NCBI GenBank assembly: GCA_963801745.1
Contig: CAWDFY010000004.1
Location: 640,312-704,311, forward strand
Source: an uncultured Chloroflexia bacterium
Lineage (GTDB): Bacteria; Chloroflexota; Limnocylindria; Limnocylindrales; CSP1-4
DNA: 64,000 nucleotides
Direction of reading: 5' to 3'
Of the stretch, positions 20,722 to 30,073 are shown piece by piece. The notes beneath the pieces were generated by a model. The model searched no databases, was not told the origin of the DNA, and worked only from the letters and a program-made list of their open reading frames with translations. Position 1 is the first letter of the stretch. Each line of letters begins with the position of its first letter. The translations under genes and the position numbers were made by a program.

Positions 20722-22155
20722 ATGCGCTGGCCGCGAGGGGTCCGAGCCCGCCTGTCCCTGGCCCTCGTCGCCCTCGTGGCGACCACGGCGCTCCTCCTGG
20801 TGATCGGCGCCTCGGTGTTCGTCGAGGCGAGGCTGCGCGACCAAGCGCTGCGCGATGCCGCGGCACAGGCCCGCTTCGACCTGACGGTCACGGTGCCCGA
20901 GCGGCAGCTGCCCGACCCGCCGACGGTCGAGGACATCACCCGGAGCGGGCTGCTCGACACGTTCCGCCAGCGCGAGGTCGAGACCATCGTCGACCTCGGC
21001 GGGGGTGACACCGTCAAGTCCGACGCTGCGCTCGACGACCTGCTCGAGCGGCTCCCGCCGGACGTGCCCGCGCGCGTCGGGCGGGGCGAGGTCGCCTACG
21101 CCTGGATGGACGTCGGCGGCGAGCCGTCGCTCGTGGTCGGCGGTCTCGCGCCGGGCGGCGACCTCGCCTTCTACTTCGTCCGCGACATCTCGACCATCAA
21201 GACCGCGATCGACCAGCTCCGTGGGGTCCTGCTCGTGGCCGCGCTCGCCGCGGTCGTCATCGCCCTGCTTACGGCCCGCCGCCTGGCGCGCGGCATCCTC
21301 GCCCCGATCGAGGAGGCCGGCCGCACGGCCGAGCGCATCGAGCGGGGCGACCTGCTGGCACGGGTGCCGGTCACGTCGCACGACGAGTTCGGCATCTGGG
21401 CGGATCGGTTCAACCGGATGACCGACACGCTGGCCGAGTCCATCCGCCGGCTCGAGGCGGCCCAGCACCAGAACCGTCGCTTCGTGGCCGACGTGTCGCA
21501 CGAGCTGCGGACGCCGCTCACCGCGCTGGTGGCCGAGGCATCGATCGTGCGCGAGCACCTCGACGAGATGCCGATAGAGACGCGTCGCGCGGCCGAGCTG
21601 CTGGTCACCGACGTCGACCGGCTCAAGAACCTGGTCGAGGAGCTGATGGAGCTGTCGCGATTCGACGCCGACGTCGAGGAGGTCGAGGCCGAGCGGGTCG
21701 ACCTCGGTCGGCTCGTCGAAACGGTGCGCGCCTCGCGTGCGCCGAAGGCCCGCTTCAGCCAGCCTGACAAGCCCGTCATCGTCGAGGCCGACCCGCGCCG
21801 TCTCGAGCGCATCCTCGCCAACTTCCTCGACAACGCCCGCGAGCACGCGGCCGCCAAGGACATCGAGATCGAGCTCGACGGCCGGCGCGACGAGGTCGTG
21901 ATCGCCGTGTCGGATCGGGGACCGGGCGTGCCGCCCGACCGCCTCGAGCTGATCTTCGACCGCTTCACCAAGGTCGATCCGTCGCGTTCGGGTGGCAGCA
22001 GCGGGCTGGGGCTGGCGATCGCGGCGGAGCACGCGGCGCTGATGGGCGGCTACCTGCAGGCGTCGAACCGGGAGGGCGGCGGCCTCCGGATCGAGCTGGT
22101 CATGCCGAAGGATGTCGACGGATCGTTACGTTCGGGACATGCGCCTGCGACGTGA
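20722..22155 (+). CDS. HAMP-domain sensor histidine kinase (MtrB-position)
   Basis: N-terminal TM helix, HAMP domain, H-box (FVADVSHELRTPL) and HATPase motifs (DRGPGV, GLGLAI). Confidence 0.8.
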   Translation: MRWPRGVRARLSLALVALVATTALLLVIGASVFVEARLRDQALRDAAAQARFDLTVTVPERQLPDPPTVEDITRSGLLDTFRQREVETIVDLGGGDTVKSDAALDDLLERLPPDVPARVGRGEVAYAWMDVGGEPSLVVGGLAPGGDLAFYFVRDISTIKTAIDQLRGVLLVAALAAVVIALLTARRLARGILAPIEEAGRTAERIERGDLLARVPVTSHDEFGIWADRFNRMTDTLAESIRRLEAAQHQNRRFVADVSHELRTPLTALVAEASIVREHLDEMPIETRRAAELLVTDVDRLKNLVEELMELSRFDADVEEVEAERVDLGRLVETVRASRAPKARFSQPDKPVIVEADPRRLERILANFLDNAREHAAAKDIEIELDGRRDEVVIAVSDRGPGVPPDRLELIFDRFTKVDPSRSGGSSGLGLAIAAEHAALMGGYLQASNREGGGLRIELVMPKDVDGSLRSGHAPAT

Positions 22156-22201
22156 CCGGGCGAGGCTGAGCGCACGAACCCACCACGAGGGACCAGCTTC
22201 G

Positions 22202-23227
22202 ATGACCGCCCACCGACTCCCAACGCTCCTCGGCGTGCTCGCGCTCGCCGGCCTGCTCGTCGCGACCTCGGCGTGCGCGACGTCCGGCGGCCTCGGCCAG
22301 GTGCCGACCGTGCCGCCGACCAGTGCGCCCTCGGTCGACCCGGGGCCACCCGATGCGACCCCCGCATCGCCACCGTCCGGCTCGCCGAGCGCCTCGCCGT
22401 CGGCATCGCCGAGCGGGCCATCGGCCGCACCGGCGAGCCCATCGAGTGCTCCGCCGAGCGGGTCCCCGTCGCCGTCGACGACGGACACCATGGTCCTGCG
22501 CGCGTACTACGTGCTCGAGGGCGCGCCCGGTGTCGAGGGCATCGTCCCGACCCTTCGCGTCGTGCCGCAGACGACGGGGGTCGCCCGGGCCGCGCTGGGG
22601 GCGCTCCTCGACCCGGATCCGATCCGCGACGACTACAGCCAGATCTCGACGGCCATCCCGTCGGGGACGCGCCTGCTCGGCATCTCGATCAAGGGCGGGG
22701 TCGCGACGGTCGACCTGTCCGGCGAGTTCGCGTCCGGCGGCGGTAGCGCGTCGCAGCACTACCGGCTGGCGCAGGTCGTGTACACCGTGACCCAGTTCCC
22801 GACCGTTCGCGCGGTCCTGTTCCAGGTCGACGGCCGGACCGTCACCACGTTCGGCTCCGAGGGCATCCAGCTCGACGGCCCGCAGGCCCGGTCGGACTTC
22901 CGCGAGCAGCTGCCGACGATCTTCGTCGACCGGCCGGCGTTCGGTGCCGCGGCGGGCAACCCGGCGCGGGTGACCGGCAGCGCCGACGTGTTCGAGGCGA
23001 CGTTCCGGATCGCGATCCTCGACGGGGCGCGGAAGGTGCTGACCGACCAGCGCGCGATGGCGAACTGCGGCGCCGGCTGCGAGCCGCGCGGCACGTTCGA
23101 CGTGCGGGTGCGCTACGACGTCCCGCGGGCGCAGTGGGGCACGCTGCGCGTGTACTACGGGTCGGCCAAGGACGGCAGCCCGCAGGACATCCGCGACTAC
23201 CCGGTCTGGCTGACGCCCGCCCCCTGA
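22202..23227 (+). CDS. Secreted lipoprotein with GerMN-like and Gmad2-like domains (LpqB-position)
   Basis: Lipobox LVATSAC, a Pro/Ser linker, a GerMN-like segment (LRAYYV...VATVDLSGEF) and a C-terminal Ig-like segment (VFEATFRIAILD). Confidence 0.7.
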   Translation: MTAHRLPTLLGVLALAGLLVATSACATSGGLGQVPTVPPTSAPSVDPGPPDATPASPPSGSPSASPSASPSGPSAAPASPSSAPPSGSPSPSTTDTMVLRAYYVLEGAPGVEGIVPTLRVVPQTTGVARAALGALLDPDPIRDDYSQISTAIPSGTRLLGISIKGGVATVDLSGEFASGGGSASQHYRLAQVVYTVTQFPTVRAVLFQVDGRTVTTFGSEGIQLDGPQARSDFREQLPTIFVDRPAFGAAAGNPARVTGSADVFEATFRIAILDGARKVLTDQRAMANCGAGCEPRGTFDVRVRYDVPRAQWGTLRVYYGSAKDGSPQDIRDYPVWLTPAP

Positions 23228-23285
23228 GTCCGTCTCCGCGGACGAGTGCTATCATCCGCAGGCTCTGTGAAACGAGCACCTCGGT

Positions 23286-23364
<79 letters not shown>

Positions 23365-23388
23365 CCTAAGCCGCCACGCCACCGTGGC

Positions 23389-23860
23389 GCTGGCGACATC
23401 GTCGGGCCCGCCCGATTCCTGGATGACTTCACGACGGCGCTCGGGTTCGAGCGGCTGGTCGTCCACGGGCATTCGATGGGCGGTCTCGTCGGTGGCGTGT
23501 TCGCCGGGCGGGTCTCAGATCGCGTCGAACGCCTGGTGCTCACGTCCGCGCCGCTTCCGGGTCTTCCCGACCCACCGCCGTTCCCGAGTGCTTGGCGCGT
23601 CGGGCTTCGCGTGGGACGACCCGTGGCTGACGTCCTGGTCGGCGCCGGTCTCCGTCTGAAGACCGACGCGTGGCGGCGCCGGGTCGATGCTCGGGACCCT
23701 CGCCTCGGGTCGGAGCTGTCCCGGATCTCGCCTGAGCTGCTGTCGCTGATCGCCGACGAGATGGGGCGCCTCGTGCTCCCCTGGCGCGTCGAGGGAGCTG
23801 TGGACGCCGCCCTCTCGATCCTTCGCGCGCTGACCGTGGATGAGGCCCGCACTCGCGGGA
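23389..23860 (+). pseudogene. Alpha/beta hydrolase fragment (N-terminus missing)
   Basis: Starts right after the tRNA hairpin with no start context. Contains the nucleophile elbow HGHSMGG. Runs into the reverse complement of the next fragment. Confidence 0.55.
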
Positions 23861-23861
23861 G

Positions 23862-24893
23862 GACGACGTACCGCACGAACTGTCCGAACGTGATCGGGTG
23901 CCCGTCGCGGGCGGCAAGGTTGGCCACGACGATGTTGGCCGAGGCGCCGACGATCGTCAGATTGCCGCCGAGACACGCACCGAGCGCCAGCGCCCACCAG
24001 AGGGGCTCCCCATCGAGCCCGGTCGCGATCATCTCCTCGACGATCGGGATCGCGGTGGCCGTGTACGGGATGTTGTCGACGATCGCGGAGCCAACGGCGG
24101 AGACCCACAGGATGCCGATGGTCGCGAGCTCGAGGCGTCCATCGACGACGTCGGCGAGGGCGTTGGCCACGGTGCCGACGATTCCGACGTGGACGACGGC
24201 TTCGACGAGCATGAACAGGCCGACGAAGAAGAAGAGCGTGCTCCACTCGATGTCGCGCAGCGACTCGTGCGGGTCGAGCGGGCCGACGAACATCAGGATG
24301 GTCGCCCCCAGCAGTGCGATCGTCGCCGCCTCGACGCCGATCACCGAGTGGAACAGGAAACCGATCAGCGTCAGGCCAAGGACCGCAAGGGCGCGGTACA
24401 TCAGCGGCCGATCGGTGATCGCGGCCGCAGGATCCAGGGTCGCGATCAGGTCGAGGCGGTAGTCGTCGTCGGCCATCGAGCGGCCGAACATCCACCACAG
24501 CATGGCCAGGAAGACGACCATGATGATGACGACGACCGGCGCCAGGTTGAGGAGGAAGTCCGCGAAGCTGAGGCCGGCGGCCGAGCCGATGAGGATGTTG
24601 GGCGGATCGCCGATGAGGGTCGCTGTCCCGCCGATGTTCGAGGCGAAGATCTGACTGATCAGGTACGGGAAAGGCGAGACCTTGAGCGTGCGGGCGATCG
24701 ACAGCGTGACCGGGGTCAGCAGCACCACCGTCGTGACGTTGTCGAGGACCGCCGAGAGCACCGCGGTGGCGACCGCGAGCATCACGAGCAGCCGGAACGG
24801 CTCCCCGCGAGACCGGTGGATGGCCACCCCGGCGACGTACTCGAAGAAGCCAGTCTTGCTGAGTCCGCGGCAGTACGGCACCGACATGTCCGG
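23862..24893 (-). pseudogene. ArsB/NhaD-superfamily (citrate-transporter-like) permease fragment, both ends missing
   Basis: Family motifs LSAVLDNVTTVVLLTPV and ASNIGGTATLIGDPPNILI. About 60 N-terminal residues and the C-terminus are absent. Embedded in the artefactual 723-aa ORF 22842-25013. Confidence 0.6.
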
Positions 24894-25272
24894 CGCGGAC
24901 TGTTTGAATTCTCTCGCATAGCCACCGCGAGCCGGGGGTGTCGCCGCGCTCGTACCGGAGTCCGCCATGCCAGGGCTCGAAGATGTGCTGCTCAAGAACG
25001 TCTCGTAGTCCAATCCCGAGCACGCTCGACCACCATGCCGAGCAGGACGTACCCCGTGCTGTTGTACGCGAAGAACGCCCCGGGCTCGAACCCAGCGGGA
25101 TGTCGGCGACGCTGGCTACGGTGTCGGCCGGCGTGGCCGCCTTCATAGGATCAAACCCCGGCTGGTCCGTGAAGTTCGCGATCCGGACGAGTGGCTGAGC
25201 AGGTGCTCGATCGTGACCACATCCATCCGTCGGGGCAAGTGTCCACGTAGTCGCACACTGGGTCGGTCGTCT
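24894..25272 (-). pseudogene. Serine-hydrolase/beta-lactamase-family fragment, frameshifted, SxxK region missing
   Basis: VTIEHLLSHSSGI, FEPGAFFAYNSTGYVLLGMVVE and PLGMADSG are recovered from different frames. There is no N-terminal catalytic part. Confidence 0.55.
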
Positions 25273-25342
25273 TCAACAACCCTGCGACGCGAGCATCAGA
25301 ACGGCCATGGCGTGAATTGCTTCGTGACGGAGCGAGGCGGAA

Positions 25343-25891
25343 TTACGTCTTTGGCGTGGAGTGGTGGTCGATGAGGTGGCGGTCGATCGAGATCGCCCGG
25401 AGCTCGCGGGTGAACGCGGTCTCGGTGCCGGCGCGGAACCGGATCCCGCGGCCTTGAGCTCGGCGAGGTCGCCACGCAGCAGCAGGGCATCGAGTGCGAT
25501 CGACGCGACGATGACGGCCTCGGGCACGACGCCCTTGCCGGAGCCTGCCGTGCGTCCGCCGTTGTCGTGGTGCTCGATGCTCACCGTGCGGCTGTTGAGG
25601 AGCGCGTTGGGTAGCGGTCGTCCCAGGCGCCCGAGGGGTCCCAGTTGCCGTTGCCCAGGATGGTCGCTGAGCCGCACGTACTGTTGGACGTGGGCGGTGG
25701 TCGGGTGGCCGGCGCGGCCGCAGCCGTAGCCGACGCCGAAGGTGGTCGAGGCCTCACGTCCGTCGGTCGACGTGAACGCGGCGTCGGTCGAGCGGAGCGT
25801 GCCGACCATGCGGTGATGGACCAGAGCGATGAGCGGTGCCGGGTGGCCGGCCGTGAACTTGGGTGAGCCGACCCAGTAGATCGGTGCTCAC
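25343..25891 (-). pseudogene. N-acetylmuramoyl-L-alanine amidase (amidase_2/PGRP-type), endolysin-like, frameshifted
   Basis: SPKFTAGHPAPLIALVHH..., ASTTFGVG, VQQYVRLSD / ILGNGNW and NSRTVSIEHHDNGG, spread across frames. The GTG overlaps the upstream stop (GTGA). Confidence 0.5.
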
Positions 25892-26234
25892 CTCACGCCC
25901 CGCCAGAAGGCCGAGGCCTCGAGTCCCAGGAGCGCACAGATCGCGCCGAGGACGGGCAGGAGGATGCCAGGGGCGATGTCGTAGTCGGGGACGCCGACAT
26001 CGAGGACGAGGAGGACGACCACGACGAGCGTGAAGGCCGTCGCGGCACCGACCCGGGCGGAGGAGTAGACGTCGGCCCGCGTGCGGCGCTCCGCATCGTC
26101 GCTGCGCTCACTGCCCATGCCGGTGCGTTCGGTCGATCCAGGCATCGACGAGTGAGCGGCAGCACGAAGCGGTCGAGGGCGCCGCCCATGACGACGCCAG
26201 CGAGGAACGCGAGGACGATCTCGACCGCGCTCAT
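25888..26234 (-). pseudogene. Holin-like small membrane protein, one frameshift
   Basis: An N-terminal TM helix (MSAVEIVLAFLAGVVMGGAL) in one frame and two C-terminal TM helices in the next. Directly precedes the amidase. The functional call rests on position only. Confidence 0.35.
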
Positions 26235-27039
26235 CGGGCCGCCGAGGCGTTGACGGCGCGGACGTACCCGGTGGGGGGAACCGGGAGTCGGTGTGGATCG
26301 GACCAGCGCGCCGTCATGCCCACAAGCGTGCGTGGCGACGGGTCCGCGGTTTCTACTTCGGTCGATTGGGCCATGCCTACGGAGCAGGTCTCGCGGCGCG
26401 GATCATGCCGAGTGATCACGCGGGCTGAGTGAGTGCCAGTGCAGATCAGGTAGGGCGACCAGCGCGACGGCAGTCCACCCGAGCGCGGCGACCGCGACGA
26501 ACATCGGCGGAGGGCCGAAGAAGAGGACGATGCGACGTCGAGACGACGGCCGACGCGACGGCGAGCGCTGAACGCGTCGCGCGCCGAACAGAGCAGCGGC
26601 GCGGCCGTACGACGAACTCGACGAGCGACGCGATCCAGAACGCGCTCGCCACGATGGTCGCGCTGTCGGAGCGAGCGGCAGGAGCCACGACCGCGCCGCT
26701 GTCCACGCGCCAGTCGCGGTCTACGGTCGGGCGGCCACCATGCAGGCGCCGCGATGACGCCCGCGTGTCCGACGCAGTGTACAGCGCGCGGCGAACCAGA
26801 CGACTCGAACGACCTGATCGACACGGGCGACTCGAAGCACGACGGACCAGACGACATCGGGAACAGCCGTCGCTCGAGCACGGTCTCAAGTCGCGTTCAG
26901 AAGTGCAAGGCCGCGATCGGCAACACGGGCAGCCGTACCGGGCGTCACGCGGGCACACCAACGCTGCACCACGCGCGGCACGGAGATCCACGCGCGCGGT
27001 CACGCGGGACCGCAGCCCAATTGCGATCGCCGATCCATC

Positions 27040-27602
27040 GGTGCTACGGGCCGCCAGGAGCCTGCCAGCCGCGGGTCGACATCGGTCGCGATCGCCGTCG
27101 GCGTGGCGCCTCCTCCAGCAGGACCGCTCGACGAATTGAGCCTCGAGCAGCGGCCGATGTCCCGGCGTTCGTCCTCTCGAGCTACGAGCGGCTGCCCCAG
27201 CTGCAGCTGCTCACCTGACATGGCGTGACAGCGACTCGACCAAGGGCCGCATCTACGTCGACCGATCGGCGCGGTCCGATTCGACCGGTTCGCGACCGCG
27301 CAGCGACTGAGCCTCCAGCTCACGGTCCTGAGCGGGAACACCCAGAGCGGCGTGGCGACCGTCGGTTCCGACAAGGTCTGGATCGAATCGGACGAGCCGA
27401 ATATCGGAGAGACCCGCGCGTGTTCCTTCGAACCATCCTCAGTCCCGCCGACGAGTGGCCACTGGCTGCGAGATGGAGCGCGACTCGAGTGATGTCGGCA
27501 CTGGCACCGCGGCAGCGGGCTGGCGGTACGTCGGTATCGAATACGTCGCGGGGCGCCCCACGCACGATGTCGCGTGTGTCGGCGATCTCTGGATCGACTG
27601 GA
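27040..27602 (+). pseudogene. LolA/LppX-like lipoprotein remnant, frameshifted and 3'-truncated by the AT-rich island
   Basis: Pieces in three frames: PLDELSLEQ..ADVPAFVLSSYERLPQLQLL; GRIYVDRS; WRYVGIEYVAGRPTHDVACVGDLWID. The family assignment is weak. Confidence 0.3.
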
Positions 27603-28090
27603 ACAATGCTTACTGCGGAAACTGAGTATATGCAGATGGTCAGAAGTAGAATCAAATTATAGGAGTGTTTCAGAATGTTAAAAGTTTTGAGAAGTAATAA
27701 TAAATCCGGATTATTAGATCTAGATGATATTGATACGTGAGCACTACCTTTCATTAGGTATCACAGAGAGGAGAAATACAGACAGGAGTAAATAAAACTA
27801 GAGGCGAAGTATGGACGGAAGGAGAGAAAAATATATGACGTTGGATAAAGCAATGGATCCGAGATATACGATGACGATGAGAGAGATGGATAGGACAAGT
27901 TCATTAGGAAATGAGGGATGAAGGCAATGATGGACGATGCACAGTATAGAAAGGAAGAGGTTGTGATTGAGGGCATGATATTGTGATACGATGGAACACC
28001 AGTGATTAGCTGTTTCATGTAGTATGATGTACTTCTATATCTGTAGATGGTGTGTTATAGTTATTATGGATATTATTAACGTGAAGGCGT
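27603..28090. other. AT-rich (~30% GC), purine-skewed, C-depleted island of unknown origin
   Basis: Direct inspection shows sharp compositional boundaries on both sides. The plus strand is mostly A/G. The island contains three SD-led mini-ORFs at 27675-27740, 27835-27921 and 27918-27986. Confidence 0.9.
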
Positions 28091-28185
28091 TTATCTAGAT
28101 CGTTGGCCCTGATCGTCGAGCAACGCTCCGATCGTTCCCCCGACCCACTGTCGTTGAGGCCCTTGCATTCGCTGGATCATGGGCG

Positions 28186-28211
28186 TATAGTGAACCACAT
28201 GGTTCAGTATA
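28186..28211. promoter_or_regulatory. ArsR/SmtB-type operator overlapping the ArsR start codon
   Basis: TATAG-TGAACC-ACAT-GGTTCA-GTATA inverted repeat. The ATG at 28199 sits in the dyad centre. Confidence 0.45.
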
Positions 28212-28564
28212 CGAGCGGGCCACTCGATGCCTCCTTCGCGGCGATCTCGGACGCCACCCGACGCGGCGTTCTGGAGCAGCTCGGACGTGCCGATGCTTCG
28301 ATCTCGGAATTGGCCCTGACGTTCGACATGACCCTCACGGGCATGCGGAAGCACGTCGGCGTCCTGGAGCACGCCGAGCTCGTCACCACGGAGAAAGTCG
28401 GGCGCGTGCGGACCTGCCGGCTCGGCCCGCGCCGACTCGAGGAAGAGACGGCATGGATCGAGCGGCACCGCCGGCTCTGGGACGCGCGTTTCGACGAATT
28501 GGACAAGGTCATCGAGGAACTCGAACGGAAGGAGAAGGTCGATGGACGCAACGAGAGCGAGTGA
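28199..28564 (+). CDS. ArsR/SmtB-family transcriptional regulator
   Basis: Winged HTH (ISDATRRGVLEQL...ISELALTFDMTLTGMRKHVGVLEHAELV). Confidence 0.8.
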   Translation: MVQYTSGPLDASFAAISDATRRGVLEQLGRADASISELALTFDMTLTGMRKHVGVLEHAELVTTEKVGRVRTCRLGPRRLEEETAWIERHRRLWDARFDELDKVIEELERKEKVDGRNESE

Positions 28565-29045
28565 GCCCACCCTCATGAAGAACCGTACGACGGTGGAGCG
28601 GACGTCCGAGCGTGAGCTCGTCGTCACCCGAACCGTCAACGGCCCGGCGCGCCTCGTGTTCGAGGCGTGGACCAAGCCCGAGCTGTTCAGGCAGTGGTGG
28701 GTGCCGAAGTCGCTCGGAATGTCCCTGCTTTCCTGCGAAATGGATGTTCGTGTCGGGGGCACGTACCGCTTGGAGTTCGCATTCGGGGACTCACAGTCGG
28801 CGGCGTTCTTCGGCACGTACAAGGAAGTGACACCGCACTCGCGCCTCGCCTGGACCAATGAGGAAAGTGACGAGGGTTCCGTCACGACCGTGACCTTCGC
28901 GGAAGAAGGCGGCAAGACGTTGCTGGTCATGCACGAGCTGTATCCCTCGAAGGAAGCTCTTGACGCCGCCGGCACCGGGGCGGCGGATGCGATGGGAGAG
29001 ACGTTCGAGCAACTGGACGAGCTGCTCGTCACCCTGGGCGCGTAA
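28542..29045 (+). CDS. SRPBCC/AHSA1 (Aha1-like) domain protein
   Basis: ELVVTRTVNGPARLVFEAWTKPELFRQWW is a typical AHSA1 start. Overlaps the ArsR 3' end. Confidence 0.8.
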   Translation: MDATRASEPTLMKNRTTVERTSERELVVTRTVNGPARLVFEAWTKPELFRQWWVPKSLGMSLLSCEMDVRVGGTYRLEFAFGDSQSAAFFGTYKEVTPHSRLAWTNEESDEGSVTTVTFAEEGGKTLLVMHELYPSKEALDAAGTGAADAMGETFEQLDELLVTLGA

Positions 29046-29132
29046 CACCAGACGGATCCTCGCGTCGTGCACGACCCCTGGGCGCCATGAGGCAGGTTCC
29101 GTCGGGTCGACCTGCCACGGTGCCCGCGGGGG

Positions 29133-29165
29133 TTGACAGTCGAGAAGCGTAAGTCGTAACTTACG
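29133..29165 (+). promoter_or_regulatory. Candidate promoter TTGACA-N18-TAACTT with palindrome CGTAAGT-N4-ACTTACG; likely leaderless transcript
   Basis: The -35 is at 29133-29138 and the -10 at 29157-29162. The GTG start at 29170 is 7 nt after the -10. The dyad spans the -10. Confidence 0.4.
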
Positions 29166-29169
29166 GTAC

Positions 29170-29526
29170 GTGAATACTTACGCATCGATCATGGACGCCG
29201 TCGGTGACGGCACGCGACGGGCGATTCTCGAGCGACTGCTCGAGCGGCCCGCGGCGGTCGGCGAGCTGGCGGCCGGGCTGCCGGTGAGCCGCCCGGCGGT
29301 GAGCCAGCACCTGCGAGTCCTGAAGATGGCCCGCTTGGTGACGGATACGCAGGTCGGCACGCGCCGCATCTATTCGGTCGATCCGGAGGGCGTCCGCGAG
29401 GTGCGTGAGTACTGGGAGCGCTTCTGGTCGCAGGCACTGGCCGGCTTCAAGGCGGTCGCCGACACCGAAGCCGAGCAGCGGGCCGGCATCGGCCGCAAGG
29501 AGAGTTCTGATGGCGATCGAGGTTGA
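29170..29526 (+). CDS. ArsR/SmtB-family transcriptional regulator
   Basis: DGTRRAILERLLERPAAVGELAAGLPVSRPAVSQHLRVLKMARLV. Confidence 0.8.
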   Translation: MNTYASIMDAVGDGTRRAILERLLERPAAVGELAAGLPVSRPAVSQHLRVLKMARLVTDTQVGTRRIYSVDPEGVREVREYWERFWSQALAGFKAVADTEAEQRAGIGRKESSDGDRG

Positions 29527-29977
29527 CGTGGAGGCTGACGTGGCGCTGGTGGTTCGCAGCTCGGTGACGGTGAAGCTGCCGCGCGACACGGCATTCCGGC
29601 TATTCACGGAGCGGATGGGCAGCTGGTGGCCGCTGGCCACCCACTCGGTGTTCCATGCCGAGGCGGTGGCGGTAACGATCGAGCCCGTCGTCGGCGGCCG
29701 CGTGTACGAGGCGACCGCCGATGGCCGCACTTCCGATTGGGGCACGATCACCGAGTGGCAGCCCGGGGAGCGCCTGGCGATGACGTGGCATCCCGGCGAC
29801 GAGTCCGATCTGGCGACCGTGGTGGAGGTGACCTTCAGCGAAGCGCCCGATGGCGGCACGCATGTCGATCTGCTCCATACCGGCTGGGCGGTGCATGACG
29901 CCGAGGCAGCCGCGAGGGCCGCCGACTATCAGCAGGGATGGACGGCTCTGCTCGAGGGGTTCGCGAAGGCCGCCTGA
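29510..29977 (+). CDS. SRPBCC/AHSA1 domain protein
   Basis: 155-aa ORF overlapping the ArsR end. RLFTERMGSWWP and WQPGERL motifs. Confidence 0.8.
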   Translation: MAIEVDVEADVALVVRSSVTVKLPRDTAFRLFTERMGSWWPLATHSVFHAEAVAVTIEPVVGGRVYEATADGRTSDWGTITEWQPGERLAMTWHPGDESDLATVVEVTFSEAPDGGTHVDLLHTGWAVHDAEAAARAADYQQGWTALLEGFAKAA

Positions 29978-30073
29978 GCGCGGCCGGGCAGCAGCCTCTC
30001 AGCTGGATCGGCCTGCCTCGAACGGCTCGCCGTGACCGGGCACGACCCGATCGGCGCTCAGGGCCGGACGTTC

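Noticed and set aside
26235-27040. Coding content of the GC-rich stretch between the holin-like gene and the LolA-like remnant
   Set aside because: TM-like pieces (SATIVASAFWIASLVEF, FFGPPPMFVAVAALGWTAVALVAL) appear in different minus-strand frames. I could not assemble a recognisable protein, so it is left unannotated.
27761-28018. 85-aa minus-strand ORF inside the AT-rich island
   Set aside because: The Ser/Tyr/Phe/Leu/Ile low-complexity translation is a by-product of the pyrimidine-rich strand. There is no RBS, so I do not call it a gene.
27603-28090. CRISPR array, or C-to-T hypermutated copy of native DNA, as an explanation for the AT-rich island
   Set aside because: There is no regular repeat-spacer periodicity. 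Deamination of local GC-rich DNA would give a T-rich, A-poor strand, whereas the island is A/G-rich.
28125-28150. Possible attR: ttcccccgaccca resembles the tRNA-Pro 3' end ctcgccccgaccaaa
   Set aside because: Only about 8-9 contiguous matching bases, which is easily chance in GC-rich DNA. There is no integrase to support it.
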